Below, piece after piece: positions 60,646-64,000 of a DNA stretch of 64,000 nt (position 1 is its first letter; each line of letters starts with the position of its first letter). The notes beneath the pieces were generated by a model. It saw nothing but the letters and a program-made list of their open reading frames with translations, was not told the DNA's origin and ran no database searches. Origin of the DNA: Candidatus Fermentibacterota bacterium (GTDB taxonomy: Bacteria > Fermentibacterota > Fermentibacteria > Fermentibacterales > JCC-6); assembly GCA_963845085.1 (NCBI GenBank), contig CAWJQI010000004.1, forward strand, positions 640,001-704,000. Reading direction: 5' to 3'. The position numbers and the translations under genes are program-made.

Positions 60646-61368
60646 ATGTTTTCAGGAAATCAGTGGTTGCAGGCGGTATGCGCCTGCACGTTTCTGATCT
60701 GCGGATGCGGTCAGGAGCCCCCCGCCGTCGTCAGGCAGATCTCGGTGACAGGCACCGGGCTCGCCAAGGCCGATCCTGACATCGCCACGATCGTTTTCGG
60801 GGTCGATATCAGTTCCGAAGATCCCGCCGAAGCGGTCTCCGATGCCGCAGCCCTTGTAAACTCCGCTGAAGCGGCGGTTTTCGAGGCCGGGGTGGCAGAG
60901 GATGACATCAGTACTCAGAGCTACAGCCTCTGGATTGAGAACGTCTACGATCCGATCACCTACCAGTATACCGGCGAGCGCGTCTTCCATGTATCCCACT
61001 ACGAGACGCTCGAGGTGCGCGATCTCGAAACAGTGGGGGATCTGCTTGCAACCCTCGTCGAGTCCGGGATCAACACGATCAGCAGCGTAACCTTCCATGT
61101 CGAGGACCAGACGGCCCTCTACGACCAGGCCCGCCAGGCAGCCCTTGCGGATGCCGTAAGACGTGCCGAGGCGATCGCTGAAGGTCTCGGTGCAACTCTT
61201 GGCGAACCGGTGTACGTTTCCGAGTACGGTGGCGGATACACTGAGTTCGACCAGACGACCCTTGTCGCCGGATCAACCGGTTTGAACCGGATGGAGAACG
61301 CTCCGGTGTTCTCGCCGGGTTCCTTCTCAGCTTCGGCCAGCATGACTGTAACTTTCGAAATAGAGTAG
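60646..61368 (+). CDS. SIMPL (DUF541) domain lipoprotein
   Basis: ISVTGTG....PD.A; A...A..DA..RAE.IA...G..LG. Confidence 0.9.
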   Translation: MFSGNQWLQAVCACTFLICGCGQEPPAVVRQISVTGTGLAKADPDIATIVFGVDISSEDPAEAVSDAAALVNSAEAAVFEAGVAEDDISTQSYSLWIENVYDPITYQYTGERVFHVSHYETLEVRDLETVGDLLATLVESGINTISSVTFHVEDQTALYDQARQAALADAVRRAEAIAEGLGATLGEPVYVSEYGGGYTEFDQTTLVAGSTGLNRMENAPVFSPGSFSASASMTVTFEIE

Positions 61369-61538
61369 GCGCAACCCCCACGAACAGCTGAGCGGGGGCT
61401 TGGTAAACATCGGAAAACCTCCGCCTCGTCTGCGGGCCCCCGGGATCAACCGGGGGCCCGCTGTGCATAACAAGGCGTTCGTCATATACTTACATTGGTT
61501 TTCTAATATAACTTAGTCCGTCCCCGGAGGTGGTAATC

Positions 61539-63719
61539 ATGCTGTTTGTCGTGATGATGGCGCTTGGGATGATGGATGCGGAAACCGGCTCACCGGTCGC
61601 CGCGAACATGTTCGGGTACGGAATGGCTGCCACACCAGCGCCTTTCGTGATGGGTGAGGGTGAGTGGACAGGCAACGGTCCATGGGGAGGAAACCTCAAG
61701 GCACTGGTTGCATCCCCCGAGGACAACAGCATCGTCATTGCGGCCTGCGGTTTTTCCATGGCGGCGGATGCCGGCGGCGTGTGGAGGAGCACGGACGGGG
61801 GCGTAACCTGGTCAGCCACAAGCCTGTCCGGCATACAGGTGAACGATGCGTGCGCCGTTCCTCCTTCAACCTTCTACGCGGCAACCCGAACGGGTCTCTA
61901 TGTCTCGACGGACAACGGCGAGAACTGGGAAGTCGTCTCCGGGATGCCGACTCAGTACGTTATCAAGATCGGTGCATCCCCGTCCGACCCCGACCTTCTC
62001 ATAGCCGGCCTCTCCTCGAACACTGGAATCAGGCGCTCGACCGACGGGGGCGAAACCTGGCATGAGGTCGGTCTGAGCACCGGTTTCATGAAGGGCTTCG
62101 GCTGTGATCCGGACCATCCCGACACTCTGTATGTTGCCATGTCAGGCCTGTCCCAACCGCTTTACCGGAGCACCGACGGCGGTGCGAACTGGAGCCCTGC
62201 GGGGCCTTCCGGCTCCGGCTGGGGGCTGCTCGTGGCACCGTTCGGTTCCGGTGAAACGATCATTCTCACCCATGGCGACGGTTTCTACATGAGCGGGGAT
62301 TACGGTTCCACGTGGGATCTTGCGGTCACGGGCACGAGCTACGCGCCGGCGGTCTGCGACGGCGTCAACCTGTTCGCACCGGTCATTACGGCGGGCGGCG
62401 TTTATGAAAGCACCGACGGCGGTGCCACATGGAACCTGAACACTTCCGGAATAGTCGCTTCGTACTGGCAGGCCGGGTGTGCATCATCCGCAGGCTACCT
62501 TGCCGGTCATTACGGCGGCATCTACAGGTCCGGGACGCCGGGTGGCGAGTACACAGTGTCCCAGCACGGCATCGGGAACGCATTCATCCACAGCGTCTCG
62601 TACCTGTCAGCGACCGGTACGCTCTACGCCGGCGGCGAGTATCACGGCCTGTGGAAAAGCACCGATTCCGGGGAGAACTGGAACATCATCACACCCGGTC
62701 CCGCCAACTGGGTCATCTACGACATTCAGCCCAGGTCGGACCTCCATTACCAGGGGCCGGTGATGTACCTTGCAACTGCGGGCGGCGTGTACAGGTCCGA
62801 TGACTACGGTGACAGCTGGGCTCAGGCGGGTTTCCCGGGAACCCAGATATCGAGCGTTGCCTTCGATCCCGAAGATCCGCTCACCGCATGGGCAGGGGCA
62901 GCGACCACAGGGGTTTACTACACCTCGGACGGCGGCCAGAGCTGGACGGCGGGTTCGGGTCTTCCGTTCGCGCTCTATCCGATGATCGAACTTGTCGATC
63001 GGGAGGGCGGCGGGCTGAGGGTGCTCGTCTCGTTCCAGCAGAACGGGACGGGAGTGTTCTGGTCCGATGACGGGGGTATGAACTTCAGCCCCGCCCCGGT
63101 TCCGGGGTCGTATCACACGGGAATTTCAGCCCGATGGGGGGACGATGCCGTTGCGTACCTTTCCACCGACGGCGGGGTCTACCGCTCCTGGGACAGGGGC
63201 ACTTCCTGGGAACCATGCCCCGGTTCATCGGGCCTCTCCTGGGCTGTTCTCGGGGATGTCGATGAAAACGTGTTCAGCGCATCCAATGCCACCGGGGTGT
63301 GGTGGAGCCCCGACGAGGGCGGCACATGGCAGCCGCTGAACACCGGTATCGGGAACCGGTGCGTGTGGGACGTGGCCTACGGGGAGACACCCGGGCAGCT
63401 GTTCGCCGGTCTGAGGGGTTTTGGAGTGGTTGAACTCACGGATGACCAGCTCGGGATCCGGGAGCTGCCGTCGGCGCTTTCCGTCGCCGTCCGTCCAAAT
63501 CCTTCCCGTGGAAGCGTGACATTCACGGTCGGCGGAGCACGCTCAGGCCCTGTCACTCTCGGTGTCTACGACACGGCGGGGCGGCTTGCCGCCACCCTTG
63601 ATGCCTCCGACGGATCAACGACATGGGTCCCCGGCGCCGGGATACCTTCGGGCCTGTACCTGGTCAGGGTTTTCGACGACGGCGGGGCAGGGGTTGCACG
63701 GGTGGTGCTGCTTCAGTAG
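61539..63719 (+). CDS. BNR/Asp-box beta-propeller secreted protein with T9SS CTD
   Basis: More than ten S.D.G.[TS]W Asp-box repeats; CTD PNP...VYDTAGRL...SGLYLVRV...RVVLLQ. Confidence 0.88.
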   Translation: MLFVVMMALGMMDAETGSPVAANMFGYGMAATPAPFVMGEGEWTGNGPWGGNLKALVASPEDNSIVIAACGFSMAADAGGVWRSTDGGVTWSATSLSGIQVNDACAVPPSTFYAATRTGLYVSTDNGENWEVVSGMPTQYVIKIGASPSDPDLLIAGLSSNTGIRRSTDGGETWHEVGLSTGFMKGFGCDPDHPDTLYVAMSGLSQPLYRSTDGGANWSPAGPSGSGWGLLVAPFGSGETIILTHGDGFYMSGDYGSTWDLAVTGTSYAPAVCDGVNLFAPVITAGGVYESTDGGATWNLNTSGIVASYWQAGCASSAGYLAGHYGGIYRSGTPGGEYTVSQHGIGNAFIHSVSYLSATGTLYAGGEYHGLWKSTDSGENWNIITPGPANWVIYDIQPRSDLHYQGPVMYLATAGGVYRSDDYGDSWAQAGFPGTQISSVAFDPEDPLTAWAGAATTGVYYTSDGGQSWTAGSGLPFALYPMIELVDREGGGLRVLVSFQQNGTGVFWSDDGGMNFSPAPVPGSYHTGISARWGDDAVAYLSTDGGVYRSWDRGTSWEPCPGSSGLSWAVLGDVDENVFSASNATGVWWSPDEGGTWQPLNTGIGNRCVWDVAYGETPGQLFAGLRGFGVVELTDDQLGIRELPSALSVAVRPNPSRGSVTFTVGGARSGPVTLGVYDTAGRLAATLDASDGSTTWVPGAGIPSGLYLVRVFDDGGAGVARVVLLQ

Positions 63720-64000
63720 TAGCGGCTTCGGAAGTACTGGGTTATGTCGCGGGCGTACTCCCCGACAGTCATCCTGTAGGGGAATTCGCGCCGTTTGATG
63801 CAGTAGCCCTTCCAGAGCTTGTCCGCAAAGTCGTACAACCGGTCGAGGGGAAGCTTCATAAGCAGGGGCAGCATCCATCGCACCACTGGAAACTCTACAG
63901 CCAGGGCGAACAGCTTGCGCAGCCTTCCCACCCGGTTACCGTGGGGAAGCCTGAGAACTGAACGGTCGAAAAACGAGTCGGGGATCGTGTTTCCGGGCTC
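63713..64000 (-). CDS. 3' end of a gene entering from outside the window (possibly a radical SAM C-terminal region)
   Basis: Open frame from the window edge, EPGNTIPDSFFDRSVL...RSRYY*; family assignment tentative. Confidence 0.55.
   Translation of the reverse strand, partial: EPGNTIPDSFFDRSVLRLPHGNRVGRLRKLFALAVEFPVVRWMLPLLMKLPLDRLYDFADKLWKGYCIKRREFPYRMTVGEYARDITQYFRSRYY

Overview
Bacterial chromosomal window, mostly GC-rich, from an anaerobe with a type IX secretion system (T9SS). It holds six T9SS-type C-terminal-domain (CTD) cargo genes plus a PorV/PorQ-family barrel. The gene style suggests the FCB superphylum, possibly a Fermentibacterota-like lineage (inference only). Core content: gltX, four tRNAs (Glu-CTC, Ser-GCT, fMet-CAT, Gln-CTG), lexA, an ABC-F ATPase, a ComEA/ComEC-like fusion, sugar ABC permeases, a C25 gingipain-like protease, a transglutaminase-like protein, an RlmI-type methyltransferase, methionine gamma-lyase, Na+ bioenergetic genes (hppA, oadB, oadG-like), a radical SAM/GT2/aminotransferase/formyltransferase cluster, a TetR-RND efflux operon, malic enzyme, split fumarase and ABC exporters. 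Two accessory segments with decayed genes and IS3 scraps lie 3' of tRNA-Glu and tRNA-fMet. The top finding is absent from the ORF track: 43514..44491 (-) is a signal-peptide-bearing, Omp28/thioredoxin-like T9SS cargo. Its CxxC redox motif reads U-G-T-C with an in-frame UGA, followed 11 nt later by a bacterial SECIS-like hairpin, so it is a predicted surface-exported selenoprotein. Several single frameshifts in housekeeping genes look like assembly indel errors.
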